DNA of 64,000 nt from Vicinamibacteria bacterium (GTDB lineage: Bacteria; Acidobacteriota; Vicinamibacteria; Marinacidobacterales; Marinacidobacteraceae), in NCBI GenBank assembly GCA_963422395.1, contig OY729431.1, positions 2,784,001 to 2,848,000 of the forward strand, written 5' to 3'. This document shows, one piece after another, positions 10,747-20,395 of this stretch. The first letter of the stretch is position 1, and every line of letters begins with the position of its first letter. Made by a program: the position numbers and the translations under genes. The notes under the pieces were generated by a model. The model worked only from the letters and a program-made list of their open reading frames with translations. It did no database searches and was not told the origin of the DNA.

Positions 10747-12263
10747 CAGAGCCGGCCCCGATGCGCCTCGGAGAGGCTGGCGGCGAGCCATCTCGAAACG
10801 GCAGCTGCAGGGACGCGCACCGTCCGACCCTCGCTGCGGCAGACCTCGGCGGCCGCGGCGGCGACAGCGAAGGTTCGAAGGGCAGCACGAGGAGAGGATC
10901 CCTCCTCTCCGGACTCGGACAGCGAGCGCTGCCATCGATTCTCGAGGAACCCGGTGTCGAACTCCCCGCTGCGGAAGGGCTCCCCGGCCAATACCCGCTC
11001 GAAGAAGGGGAGCGTAGAAGCCACCCCGGTGAGGCGGGTTTCCCGGACCGCCCGCAGAGCCCGACTCCGCACCGCTTCGCGGTCGGGACCCGACACGATG
11101 ATCTTGGCGAGGAGAGGGTCGTAATGGGGAGAGACGACGCTTCCCGAAGCGATCCCGGCATCGCAGCGCACGCCGGGACCGCCCGGTGGGCGGAACTCCC
11201 GGATCCGACCGGTGGCGGGAAGGAATCCGGCGAATGGATCCTCCGCGGTGATCCGCAGTTCCAGCGCCGCGCCGCGAAACCTCACCTGGTCCTGGGAAAA
11301 CCCGAGAGGCTCGCCGGCAGCTACCCGCAACTGGAGAACCACCAGGTCGAGTCCGGTGCGCTCCTCGGTCACCGTATGTTCCACCTGAAGCCGGGCGTTC
11401 ATCTCGAGGAAGTAGTACCGCCCCCCGGAGTCGAGCAGGAACTCGACGGTTCCGGCGTTCCGGTATCCCGCGGCGGCGGCGAGGCGCAATGCGGCCTCAC
11501 TCATTTCCGTTCCGAGCTCGCGTCCGACAACCGGAGAGGGGCTTTCCTCGAGGAGCTTCTGGTTGCGCCGCTGGATGGAACAGTCCCGTTCCCCGAGATG
11601 GACGAGGCCTCCGTGATCGTCCCCGAAAATCTGGACCTCCACATGCCGGGGACGGTCCACGAACCGTTCGAGAAACACCCGTCGATCCCCGAACGCCGAT
11701 TCGGCTTCGGAGCGGGCTTCGGCAAAGGCGCTCTCCAGGCCGTCCGGCCCGCGCACGAGACGCATCCCCATTCCGCCCCCGCCGGCAGCCGCCTTGATGA
11801 GGAGCGGAAATCCGATCTCAGCGGCGGCGGTTCGCACTTCGGGAATCTCCTCGAGAACTGCGGAGCCAGCCACCACGGGAACACCGCAGCGGAGAGCGGC
11901 CGCCCGAGCGGCCGCCTTGTCTCCCATGAGGCGCATCGCCTCCGGAGAAGGGCCCACGAAAACCAGGCCGCGCTCGGCGCAGCGCGCGGCGAACGCCGCG
12001 TTCTCGGCGAGAAATCCGTACCCCGGATGGACTGCCTGCGCGCCCAGGGCCGCCGCAGCGTCGAGCACTCGTTCCGCATGGAGATAGCTGTCCCGCGAGG
12101 CGGCCTCTCCGATTTCGACGGACTCCTCCGCAAGCCGGACATGGAGTCCGCCGCGGTCGGCCTGCGAATGGACGGTGACCGGCGAAATCCCGAGGTCGCG
12201 ACAGGCGCGTATCACCCGCACCGCGATCTCACCGCGGTTCGCCACCAGGACCCGATCGAACAT
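10746..12263 (-). CDS. accC: Biotin carboxylase subunit (acetyl/propionyl-CoA carboxylase)
   Basis: MFDRVLVANRGEIA, HPGYGFLAEN, KAAAGGGGMGMR, ERDCSIQRRNQK, FLEMNARLQVEH. Confidence 0.93.
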   Translation of the reverse strand: MFDRVLVANRGEIAVRVIRACRDLGISPVTVHSQADRGGLHVRLAEESVEIGEAASRDSYLHAERVLDAAAALGAQAVHPGYGFLAENAAFAARCAERGLVFVGPSPEAMRLMGDKAAARAAALRCGVPVVAGSAVLEEIPEVRTAAAEIGFPLLIKAAAGGGGMGMRLVRGPDGLESAFAEARSEAESAFGDRRVFLERFVDRPRHVEVQIFGDDHGGLVHLGERDCSIQRRNQKLLEESPSPVVGRELGTEMSEAALRLAAAAGYRNAGTVEFLLDSGGRYYFLEMNARLQVEHTVTEERTGLDLVVLQLRVAAGEPLGFSQDQVRFRGAALELRITAEDPFAGFLPATGRIREFRPPGGPGVRCDAGIASGSVVSPHYDPLLAKIIVSGPDREAVRSRALRAVRETRLTGVASTLPFFERVLAGEPFRSGEFDTGFLENRWQRSLSESGEEGSSPRAALRTFAVAAAAAEVCRSEGRTVRVPAAAVSRWLAASLSEAHRGRL

Positions 12264-12432
12264 CGGGGGTTCAGCGGCCGGCCCTCGCGCTGCAGCAAAC
12301 CGGCGCCCCGGGGCCGCCCCGGAACATCTGGCCGAAGCCCTGGGCCTCAGCGAGGTGCTGCATCGCCAAACTCCGGTACTCGGCGCGGCCGGGGCCGAAG
12401 CCAAGACGCAGGGTGCTTCGGCACGGACCGTG

Positions 12433-13998
12433 TCAGAGCGGGATGTTTCCGTGTTTGCGCGGCGGATTCCGGTCGCGCTTCGTCGAGAGAGATGCCAGGG
12501 CGGAGACCAATTTCCGCCGCGTGGAACTCGGCCGGATCACCTCGTCGAGATAGCCGCGCGCCGCTGCCACGTACGGGTTCGCGAAACGTTCCCGATAGGC
12601 GGCGACCCGCTCGCGGCGCGCCTCGCCGGGGTCTTCCGAATTTTCCAATTCGCGCGAATACAACACATTGACCGCACCTTCCGGCCCCATCACCGCGATT
12701 TCTGCTCCCGGCCAGGCGTAGTTGAGGTCCGTGCGGATGTGCTTGCTCGCCATGACACAGTAGGCCCCGCCGTACGCCTTGCGGGTGATGACCGTGACCT
12801 TCGGTACCGTGGCCTCGCAGAACGCATAGAGCAACTTGGCGCCGTGGCGGATGATCCCTCCCCACTCCTGCTGCGTCCCGGGGAGGAATCCGGGAACATC
12901 CTCGAAGACGACGAGAGGGATGTTGAAAGCGTCGCAGAACCGGACGAAACGCGCGCCTTTCACCGAAGCGTGGATGTCGAGAACTCCCGCGAGGACGGAT
13001 GGCTGGTTCGCCACCACCCCGACCGGAGCCCCATCGAGTCGGCCGAACCCGACCACCAGGTTGGCAGCATGGAATTGCTGGACCTCGAGGAAGAGGCCGT
13101 CGTCCAACACTTCCCCGAGGAGATCCTTCACATCGTAGGGCCGGTCCGGCTCTTCGGGGACCAGTCGGTCGAGCGACGGGATTTCGCGATCAGCCGGATC
13201 GGCGGTTTCCAGCCGCGGCGGCGGATCCAGGTTGTTCGAAGGCAGGAACGACAGGAGCCGCCGGATCAGGTCGAGGCATTCCTCGTCGTTCTCGCCGAGG
13301 AAATGGGCATTCCCGGAGACGGTGTTGTGGGTTTCGGCTCCACCGAGTTCCTCCATCGTCACCTCTTCGTGGGTGACCGTACGGATCACCTCGGGTCCGG
13401 TGACGAACATGTAACTCGTCCCGCGGGACATGATCGTGAAGTCGGTGATGGCCGGCGAATAGACCGCTCCGCCGGCACAGGGACCCAAAATCGCGGAGAT
13501 CTGAGGGACGACTCCTGACGCCAGCGTGTTGCGCAGGAAAATGTCGGCGTAGCCGGCCAGCGAAAGGACTCCCTCCTGGATCCTGGCTCCACCGGAGTCG
13601 TTGAGACCGATGATCGGCGCCCCCTGACGAACGGCGAGGTCCATGATCCGACAGATCTTGCCGGCGCACGCCTCGCTGAGCGAGCCTCCCAAAACCGTGA
13701 AATCCTGGGCGAACAGGTACACCAGGCGCCCCTCGATGCGGGCGTACCCGGTCACCACCCCATCCCCGGGATAACGGTGCTCCTCGAGGCCGAAGCCGCG
13801 GACCCGGTGCTCCACCAGGCGTCCCGTCTCCTCGAAGGAACCGGGGTCGGCGAGCGCGGCGATCCGGTCCCGCGCGGTAAGTCGTCCGGAACGCCGCTGC
13901 CGCTCGACGCGGGCCGCCCCTCCTCCCGCCTTCGCGCGGCGATCGCGCGACTCCAGCTCGGCGAAGGTCCCGGAGCGATCCTTTTCTTCGGCGGGCAC
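12433..13998 (-). CDS. pccB: Acyl-CoA (propionyl/methylmalonyl-CoA) carboxyltransferase beta subunit
   Basis: [40 protein letters not shown]-terminal KHGNIPL. Confidence 0.92.
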   Translation of the reverse strand: MPAEEKDRSGTFAELESRDRRAKAGGGAARVERQRRSGRLTARDRIAALADPGSFEETGRLVEHRVRGFGLEEHRYPGDGVVTGYARIEGRLVYLFAQDFTVLGGSLSEACAGKICRIMDLAVRQGAPIIGLNDSGGARIQEGVLSLAGYADIFLRNTLASGVVPQISAILGPCAGGAVYSPAITDFTIMSRGTSYMFVTGPEVIRTVTHEEVTMEELGGAETHNTVSGNAHFLGENDEECLDLIRRLLSFLPSNNLDPPPRLETADPADREIPSLDRLVPEEPDRPYDVKDLLGEVLDDGLFLEVQQFHAANLVVGFGRLDGAPVGVVANQPSVLAGVLDIHASVKGARFVRFCDAFNIPLVVFEDVPGFLPGTQQEWGGIIRHGAKLLYAFCEATVPKVTVITRKAYGGAYCVMASKHIRTDLNYAWPGAEIAVMGPEGAVNVLYSRELENSEDPGEARRERVAAYRERFANPYVAAARGYLDEVIRPSSTRRKLVSALASLSTKRDRNPPRKHGNIPL

Positions 13999-14024
13999 CT
14001 CAGCGAGGCCTCAGGCGCACCGGA

Positions 14025-14672
14025 TCAAGATACTCGGGCAGCTTCCCAGTCCGTGAGGAAACGCTCGATACCGAGATCCGTCAGCGGATGCCTGATGAGC
14101 AGGTCGAGCACCTTGGCGGGCATGGTGGCGATGTCGGCCCCGAGACGGGCCGCTTCGACCACATGGAGCGGATTGCGGATGCTCGCCACCAGTATCCGGG
14201 TCGGGTAGTCGTAATTGTCGAAGACCTCCCGGATGTCGGCGACGAGCTGCATGCCGGGAGCGGCGATGTCATCGAGACGGCCGACGAAGGGGCTCACGAT
14301 GGCGGCCCCGGCCTTGGCAGCGAAGAGCGCCTGCGGCAGGCTGAAACAGAGCGTCACATTGACGCGGATGTCCTGCTCCTTCAGCTCGCGGACAGCGCGC
14401 AATCCATCCGCCGTAAGCGGACACTTGACGATGATGTTGGGAGCGATCTCCGCCAGCCGGCGACCCTCCGCCACCATGCCGCGGGCATCGGCCGCCAGAA
14501 CCTCGGCGGAAACATCGCCGGGCACCAGCTCCGCGATCTTCCTCAGGATTTCCCGAGGATCACCGGATTCCCGCGCCATCAGGGATGGATTCGTGGTGAC
14601 CCCGTCCACCAGACCCATCGCCGCGGCGCGGGCGATATCGTCGAGGTTGGCGGTGTCGAGAAAGATCTGCAT
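14025..14672 (-). CDS. fsa: Transaldolase / fructose-6-phosphate aldolase family
   Basis: MQIFLDTA, GVTTNPS, VVK-like NIIVKCP, NVTLCFS, SPFVGRLDD. Confidence 0.93.
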   Translation of the reverse strand: MQIFLDTANLDDIARAAAMGLVDGVTTNPSLMARESGDPREILRKIAELVPGDVSAEVLAADARGMVAEGRRLAEIAPNIIVKCPLTADGLRAVRELKEQDIRVNVTLCFSLPQALFAAKAGAAIVSPFVGRLDDIAAPGMQLVADIREVFDNYDYPTRILVASIRNPLHVVEAARLGADIATMPAKVLDLLIRHPLTDLGIERFLTDWEAARVS

Positions 14673-14806
14673 TCCCCTTCTCCGTCCGCCGCCCGGGCGC
14701 GGACTACTTGAACGACCCCGATCCCGGCGCCGATTCTACCTGCCGAATGCCGCGTCGGCCTGCTGCATCCGATCCCCGGCGAGCCGCATGCAGCCCGTGA
14801 ACGGAA

Positions 14807-16819
14807 TCAGCGCCGGGGGGAAGCCAACGCCGGGGCTGTCTGCGGGCTTTCGTTCGCGGGTTCGGCGCTGTCCACTGCCGTCACCGAGTACCGGAACCGG
14901 GCGCGGGGGTCCCGCTCCGAATCCCGGAAAGTGGTGCGCTCGAGCGGTGAGTCGGTGAGTCGTTCGGAACCCGATCCGTCGGGGGCAGACCGGTAGATGT
15001 GATACCCGGCCAGATCGTCGGAGATCGATTCCTTCCAGAGGAGTTCCGTGCTCTCGGGCCGCCAGAAAAGACGAAGATCGGTCGGCGGCGACGGCGGAAA
15101 GACATCCCTCGGAATCGCACACCCCTCTTCGGAAAACGGCCCTACACTGAGCGCCCGGGAGCTGGTGGGCGGTATCCGCACCAGCACCGGAGTCCAATCG
15201 GGGATATCCGTTGCCCCTTCGGGACCCCCGGGGCCGACCGGCGGCGCATCCGACGGGGCTCCCTCCGCAACGGGCGCCGCTCGCTGCTCCGTGGAGACCG
15301 GGACCTCGGGTCCGCCGCCGCTTCCGGTCTCCGTTTCCGGCTTCCCGGAGAGCGCCGGGGCGAATTCCGGGCCGGGGTCGGGCAGGACCCGTTCCTCGTC
15401 ATCGCCGGCGAAGAGCACCCGGATCTGGTAGCAGACTTCCTCTCCCCACACCACCTCCGGGTCGGACAGATTCGGGCCGACGGATCGGCCCACTCGCTCC
15501 CGACGATCCCCACGCCGCCGGAACACCTCGAAGAGGGGGTCGGACAGCTCCGCAGCGTTCCCCAAGGTCGGGCGCGGATCCGACCAGCGCACCGTCAGGG
15601 CTTTTTCGCCGATCGACACTTCGACTCCCTCGGCGGCCGGCAACCGTTCCGTGAGATCGAGCGATTGGGGGTCGCTCGCCTCACTCGGACCTCCTCGGGC
15701 TTCGTATCGAACCTCCACCTCGAAACGACGGCCGATCCAGGCAGGGTCCACGGGCCACTCGATGGACCGCTCCTCGCCGGCAACCCTCGACTCCACTTCG
15801 GCAAGAACCTCGAACTCCATCTCTTCGTATTGCAGCTGGATCTCGGCCGGATCGCTGTCTTCCACCGATTCCACCGGAGAGTCTGCCGACGGCTCGGCCG
15901 TTTCCGGCGCGGGTTTCGCGGCCAGCGGCACTTCCGCTTCCGGTTCCGAGGGAGCAGGCGCTTCGGATCCTCCTTCCTCCGATTCCGGAATCGAAGGAAT
16001 TGCTGCCTCGGTTCCGCTTTCGCCGGAAGGGGATCCTTCTCCGACGAGCCCGGGTACTTCGGGGACCGCAGGGTCGGGCGGCGCCGGCAACGGCGGCTCG
16101 GCGGCGGCGGCACTCTCCGTCGCGGTCGGCGACGGGACCTCCGGCGCATCGACCGGCGGGTCTTCGGTTCCAACGCCAGTCCCGGGGGCTCCGGCCTCCT
16201 CCTCGCCAGTCTCGGGAGACACCGCTCCTTCTCCGGCTTCGCCCCCAGGCGCCGTTTCGCCCGCTTCCGTTTCGAGCGGGCCGGCTCCGTCCGGCGCCGC
16301 CTCCGCACTCGCTTCGCGTATCTCGGAGCGGCTGGAAGCGCGCTGCTCGGCAGCCAGCTGGCGGATGTCCACCACCCGGTAGAGAACGAGCGCTTTTCGC
16401 AACCGGAGGTCGCCCGGCTCACCGCCCTCGGCGAGGCGCGGGGCAACCCAGCGGATTGCGATCTCCCCGCCCTCCTGGCGCAGCGGGAGCAGCCGCGGCG
16501 CCTCCGGAGTCACTCGGATCGGCGGTTGGGGAGGCCCCCGGCGGCCGCAGGACGCCGCAACCAGAACCACCGCGGACCCGAACAGCGCCTGGACGAGGCG
16601 GCGCGAGCCCCCGAGAACGCGAGCCGTCCGTTTCCGGAGCGGCGCGGGTTCCGGCGGGGGTTCCAAGGCCGCTCCCGTCTTCCCGATGGGAGTGGCGCGC
16701 GGCGGGCGAAGCGCGAATTCGGAGGAATACCGAGCGTATTCCGAGGAGTTCGCAGGGAAGAGCGAAGCGGCCCCGCCGGACGCTCTCACGCGAAACCTGC
16801 CCTCCCGGGTCACGCGCAC
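14807..16819 (-). CDS. Lipoprotein with Pro/Glu/Ala low-complexity linkers and fibronectin-III-like C-terminus (true start probably near 16650)
   Basis: Lipobox VVLVAASC followed by GRRGPPQPP; C-terminal FPPSPPTDL...W...DLAGYHIYR...YSVTAVD...NES. Confidence 0.75.
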   Translation of the reverse strand: MRVTREGRFRVRASGGAASLFPANSSEYARYSSEFALRPPRATPIGKTGAALEPPPEPAPLRKRTARVLGGSRRLVQALFGSAVVLVAASCGRRGPPQPPIRVTPEAPRLLPLRQEGGEIAIRWVAPRLAEGGEPGDLRLRKALVLYRVVDIRQLAAEQRASSRSEIREASAEAAPDGAGPLETEAGETAPGGEAGEGAVSPETGEEEAGAPGTGVGTEDPPVDAPEVPSPTATESAAAAEPPLPAPPDPAVPEVPGLVGEGSPSGESGTEAAIPSIPESEEGGSEAPAPSEPEAEVPLAAKPAPETAEPSADSPVESVEDSDPAEIQLQYEEMEFEVLAEVESRVAGEERSIEWPVDPAWIGRRFEVEVRYEARGGPSEASDPQSLDLTERLPAAEGVEVSIGEKALTVRWSDPRPTLGNAAELSDPLFEVFRRRGDRRERVGRSVGPNLSDPEVVWGEEVCYQIRVLFAGDDEERVLPDPGPEFAPALSGKPETETGSGGGPEVPVSTEQRAAPVAEGAPSDAPPVGPGGPEGATDIPDWTPVLVRIPPTSSRALSVGPFSEEGCAIPRDVFPPSPPTDLRLFWRPESTELLWKESISDDLAGYHIYRSAPDGSGSERLTDSPLERTTFRDSERDPRARFRYSVTAVDSAEPANESPQTAPALASPRR

Positions 16820-16849
16820 GAAATCGGCTGGGAACAGCGAACTTGCAGA

Positions 16850-18310
16850 TCAGAGAATGAAGCGGGAAAGATCCTCGTCTTCGAGAATTCCATCCAACAT
16901 CCTGACGACATACTCCTTGTCGATGGTCCAGTTCTTCTCCTCGAGTTCCGGAGCGTCGAAGAGAAGGTCCTCGAGGACCTTCTCCAGGATCGTATGGAGT
17001 CTCCGGGCCCCGATGTCCTCCATCCGTTCGTTGACCTGGGCAGCCATGTCGGCGATTTCCCGGATTCCATCCTCGCGAAAAGAGACGCTGAGGCCCTCGG
17101 TGGCCAACAGGGCTTCGTATTGTTTGAGCAGGGCGCCTTCGGGCTCCGTCAGGATCCTCTCGAAGTCCTCGACGGAGAGCGGATCGAGTTCGACCCGAAG
17201 CGGGAAACGGCCCTGGAGTTCGGGGATGAGATCGGACGGGCGATTTTCCTGGAACGCACCGGCGCCGATGTACAGGATGTGATCCGTGCGCAAGGCCCCG
17301 TAGCGAGTGGTCACCGAAGACCCATCGAGCAGGGGCAGCAAGTCCCGCTGCACCCCTTCCCGCGAAACATCGGGGCCGGGAGAATCGTTGGGGCTCGCCA
17401 CCTTGTCGAGTTCGTCGATGAAGATGATGCCGTGGTCTTCTGCCCTTTCGAGAGCAAGCCGCGACAGCTGCCGACGATCCACCAGCCGATCCTCTTCTTC
17501 CTGCACGAAGTAATCGAGCGCCTGGGGGACGAGCATCTCCGTCTTCCGATAGCGGGGCCCGAAAACCCCGCGCAGCATCTCGGCGGTGTTCGTGTCGAGA
17601 TCGTCTCCGGGGCCGGAAAGGGCTTCGAGGAAGGGCGCCGGCGGCTCCCGCACTTCGACCTCGACACTGCGCTCGCCGAGGTCTCCCCGGTGCAGTCGGC
17701 GGCGCAATTTCTCCCGGGCACGGCGGACACGCTTCGCGTCTTCGATGTCGCGTTCCGGAAGAACACCGCCCTCCGGATCTTCGGACGAAGCCGCGTTCCG
17801 TTCGTCGAGCGATCGTTCGTCGGCCCCGTACTGGACGAGGTTCGGCGCCTGCGGCGGCAGCAGGAGGTCGAGAAGGCGTTCTTCGGCGTTCAGATCTGCC
17901 TGCTCGCGCACTTCCTCGATCAGTTCCTCCCGAAGGATCTCCACGGATACATCGACGAGGTCGCGCACCATGGATTCCACATCCCTCCCGACATATCCGA
18001 CTTCGGTGAACTTGGACGCCTCGACCTTGACGAACGGAGAGCGGGAAAGCCTGGCCAGCCGACGGGCGATCTCGGTCTTGCCCACTCCGGTCGGCCCGAT
18101 CATGATGATGTTCTTGGGTGCGATTTCGTCCGCGAGTTCCGGTTCGATGTGGGTGCGGCGGGCACGGTTTCGAAGCGCCACCGCCACTGCGCGCTTGGCG
18201 CCCGTCTGCCCCACCACGAAGCGGTCGAGTTCTTCGACGATTTCACGCGGCGTGGGATCCTCGAAGGGTGCCGGGGGCTCCTTTCCGACGGGAGGGAGAT
18301 ACTCGACCAG
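16850..18310 (-). CDS. hslU: ATP-dependent protease ATPase subunit HslU (probable CTG start at 18310)
   Basis: TPREIVEELDRFVVGQ, KNIIMIGPTGVGKTEIARRLA, GYVGRD, FIDELDK, GARRLHT, C-terminal DLSRFIL. Confidence 0.95.
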   Translation of the reverse strand: MVEYLPPVGKEPPAPFEDPTPREIVEELDRFVVGQTGAKRAVAVALRNRARRTHIEPELADEIAPKNIIMIGPTGVGKTEIARRLARLSRSPFVKVEASKFTEVGYVGRDVESMVRDLVDVSVEILREELIEEVREQADLNAEERLLDLLLPPQAPNLVQYGADERSLDERNAASSEDPEGGVLPERDIEDAKRVRRAREKLRRRLHRGDLGERSVEVEVREPPAPFLEALSGPGDDLDTNTAEMLRGVFGPRYRKTEMLVPQALDYFVQEEEDRLVDRRQLSRLALERAEDHGIIFIDELDKVASPNDSPGPDVSREGVQRDLLPLLDGSSVTTRYGALRTDHILYIGAGAFQENRPSDLIPELQGRFPLRVELDPLSVEDFERILTEPEGALLKQYEALLATEGLSVSFREDGIREIADMAAQVNERMEDIGARRLHTILEKVLEDLLFDAPELEEKNWTIDKEYVVRMLDGILEDEDLSRFIL

Positions 18311-18313
18311 GAG

Positions 18314-18853
18314 TCACACCTCTTCGAAGAGGAATTCACCGTTCGTGTAGATGCAGATACTGTCGGTGACGCGCATCGCTTCCTCGGCGATCTCGCGGGA
18401 CGAAAGCCGAGTCCGGGAAACCAGCGCCCGCGCCGCCGCCATCGCGAAAGGAGCGCCGGCGCCGATGGCCATGATTCCATCGTCCGGTTGCATCAGGTCG
18501 CCGTCCCCTGACAGGAGGAATACATGATCCTTGTCGGCCACCAGCAGCAGCGCGTCGAGGTGACGCAGCACTCGATCGGTGCGCCAATCCTGCGCGAGTT
18601 CCACGGAAGCCCGCTCCAGGTTGCCCCGGTGTGCTTCCAGCTTCGTCTCGAATTTCGCGAAGAGAGCCTGGGCGTCGGCAGTGGCGCCGGCGAACCCGGC
18701 AAGCACCGTCCCCTCGCACATCCGGCGCAGCTTGCGGGCGCCGTGCTTCACGACGATGTCGCCGAGGGTCACCTGCCCGTCCGCAGCCAAGGTCGTCTTC
18801 CCGCGCCGGCGGACGGCCAGCACCGTTGTAGAACGCGATCTTTGGGGCCGCAC
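18314..18853 (-). CDS. hslV: ATP-dependent protease peptidase subunit HslV
   Basis: STTVLAVRR...DGQVTLG...GFAGATADA...WRTDRVLR...ICIYTN. Confidence 0.95.
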   Translation of the reverse strand: MRPQRSRSTTVLAVRRRGKTTLAADGQVTLGDIVVKHGARKLRRMCEGTVLAGFAGATADAQALFAKFETKLEAHRGNLERASVELAQDWRTDRVLRHLDALLLVADKDHVFLLSGDGDLMQPDDGIMAIGAGAPFAMAAARALVSRTRLSSREIAEEAMRVTDSICIYTNGEFLFEEV

Positions 18854-19056
18854 AGAACAACAAGCAGAGCGACAGTCAGAGCAACGGGGAGCACCAACTT
18901 GCAGCTTTGCGCGCTCCCCCCGACCAAGGATCGAGCCACGACGGCCCCCGCGGAGTGCAATGGACTCTCAAAGGAGGCCGAGCGGGGGGCCGGGAGTGGC
19001 CCGACCAGCCTGAAAGAAGGCCGGTGGCCGCCACAAGCTCAGTGTCGATGCCGGCC

Positions 19057-19066
19057 TGCTAGTATA
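19057..19066. promoter_or_regulatory. Overlapping divergent -10 boxes: TATACT (minus, toward hslV) and TGcTAGTAT (plus, toward 19117)
   Basis: TGCTAGTATA is a rare AT-rich patch between the two divergent genes. Confidence 0.5.
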
Positions 19067-19116
19067 GCCGGGCTGACCGCTGCGTCTGGGCTCCGTGTTG
19101 CGCGGTCGCTGGCCTG

Positions 19117-19578
19117 ATGAAACTCCTCTCGGCCGTCGTCTTGGCGAGCGCCGCCTATGACCTCCTGCTCGGCGGGGCGCTGCTCTTCGCGCTCGGAGAT
19201 GTGCAGCAACTGCTGGGCCTCGGGGAACCGCTCTTCCCGATCAACGCGAATCTGAACGGGTTGTTCGCCATGGCGATCGGAGTCGGCTACCTGGCGGTGC
19301 TGCGAGACCCCTGGAAGCACCGTTGGTACCTGTGGATCATGGGTCCGTTCCTGAAGGGCGCCGGGGCCCTGCTGCTCGCACTGGACTTCCTGTTGCGCGG
19401 TTCGCCGCCGATCTTCCTCCTGTTCGCGTCTGCTGACGCGGGGTTGGCGGCAGCTACCGTCTTCATACTCCTGCGGGCGGATCCAGAACGACCTGCAATT
19501 CGAGATCCGGGGGAGCGCGTCCGCGGGCCGATGTCATCGGATCGTTCCGGGAGCCCTCCCGGAGAGAACCGTCGGTGA
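19117..19578 (+). CDS. Hypothetical 4-TM membrane protein
   Basis: Four hydrophobic stretches; ATG start; fills the gap. Confidence 0.75.
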   Translation: MKLLSAVVLASAAYDLLLGGALLFALGDVQQLLGLGEPLFPINANLNGLFAMAIGVGYLAVLRDPWKHRWYLWIMGPFLKGAGALLLALDFLLRGSPPIFLLFASADAGLAAATVFILLRADPERPAIRDPGERVRGPMSSDRSGSPPGENRR

Positions 19579-19645
19579 AAGAGGGGGGCGGCACCGCCCG
19601 GTAGGCCAGGCGCCGAACCGCTTAGAATCTCCGGTCCGCCTGCTC

Positions 19646-20341
19646 ATGGACTCCAGGGAGCTCCTGCGCCACCTCGTCGCAGCTCGTCCGGACGACCCGC
19701 TCTGGGAAGAGTTGTTCCAGCGCTGCCTCGCGCTCATCCGAACCACATTCTGGTGGCGGATCAGCAGGGAACGCCGCAACGCCCCGCCACTCGAGGACAT
19801 GGGCCAGGAAGTGATGGAACGGCTGCTCGCCCGGGGCCGCCAGGGTCTCGCGCGTTTCCAGGGAGACAGCGAGGAGACCTTCGACGGATACATCCGCCGC
19901 ATCACGCTGAACATCTTGTTCGATGGGATCCGCCACGAAGTGAATCGGCGTCAGTTCGAAGAACTGTTGCCCTTCGACGACCTGCGCCGACTCGACGACC
20001 TGCTCGTCGACGCTTCGTCGGTGGACGGCAGCGCGAGCCCCGAAACCGGAGTGCACCTTCGTGAAATGGGGGAGATCGTCGAGAAGACCCTGCGGGAGAT
20101 GTCTCTCGACGCCCGGCAGCGGGGCATGAACCGCCTGTTGTTCCGGCTCTATTTCCTGGACAGCTGCAGTATCCCGCAGATCGCCCGGTTGCGCGCGGTA
20201 ACCCTCAGCGCTTCCTCGGTCGGCCGCCGCATCCGGAACATGCGGAGCGCTTTGCAAAGAGCTTTCCAGCATCGCCGGCGGCCCTCCCCGACCGGGCAGC
20301 TGGTCCGGCGGGAGCCGATCGCCGAACGAAAGCGACGCTAG
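19646..20341 (+). CDS. ECF-type sigma-70 family factor
   Basis: sigma2-like WEELFQR...EDMGQEV...F...FDGYIRRITLN and HTH-like LFRLYFLDSCSIPQIA...SVGRRIRN. Confidence 0.7.
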   Translation: MDSRELLRHLVAARPDDPLWEELFQRCLALIRTTFWWRISRERRNAPPLEDMGQEVMERLLARGRQGLARFQGDSEETFDGYIRRITLNILFDGIRHEVNRRQFEELLPFDDLRRLDDLLVDASSVDGSASPETGVHLREMGEIVEKTLREMSLDARQRGMNRLLFRLYFLDSCSIPQIARLRAVTLSASSVGRRIRNMRSALQRAFQHRRRPSPTGQLVRREPIAERKRR

Positions 20342-20346
20342 CTGCG

Positions 20347-20367
20347 ACTTCGTCCACAGGCTGCTAA
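20347..20367 (+). repeat. Solo MITE terminal inverted repeat (TIR)
   Basis: ACTTCGTCCACAGGCTGCTAA matches the element end ACTTCATCCACAGGCTGCTAG at 27917-27937. Confidence 0.75.
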
Positions 20368-20395
20368 AGCCTGCGCGGGCGCTTCGCCCTTCGGT

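Noticed and set aside
12270-12430. Intergenic region with an imperfect inverted repeat (CCGAAGCCCTG...CAGGGTGCTTCGG) and GGCCGAAGCC twice
   Set aside because: Single occurrence with no convincing match to the MITE family or a known RNA.
18308-18316. Possible TGA readthrough or selenocysteine giving an HslV-HslU fusion
   Set aside because: No SECIS-like hairpin seen; SD plus CTG initiation is the simpler explanation.
18950-18962. GAGTGCAA resembling half a CIRCE box
   Set aside because: No partner arm at 9-nt spacing.
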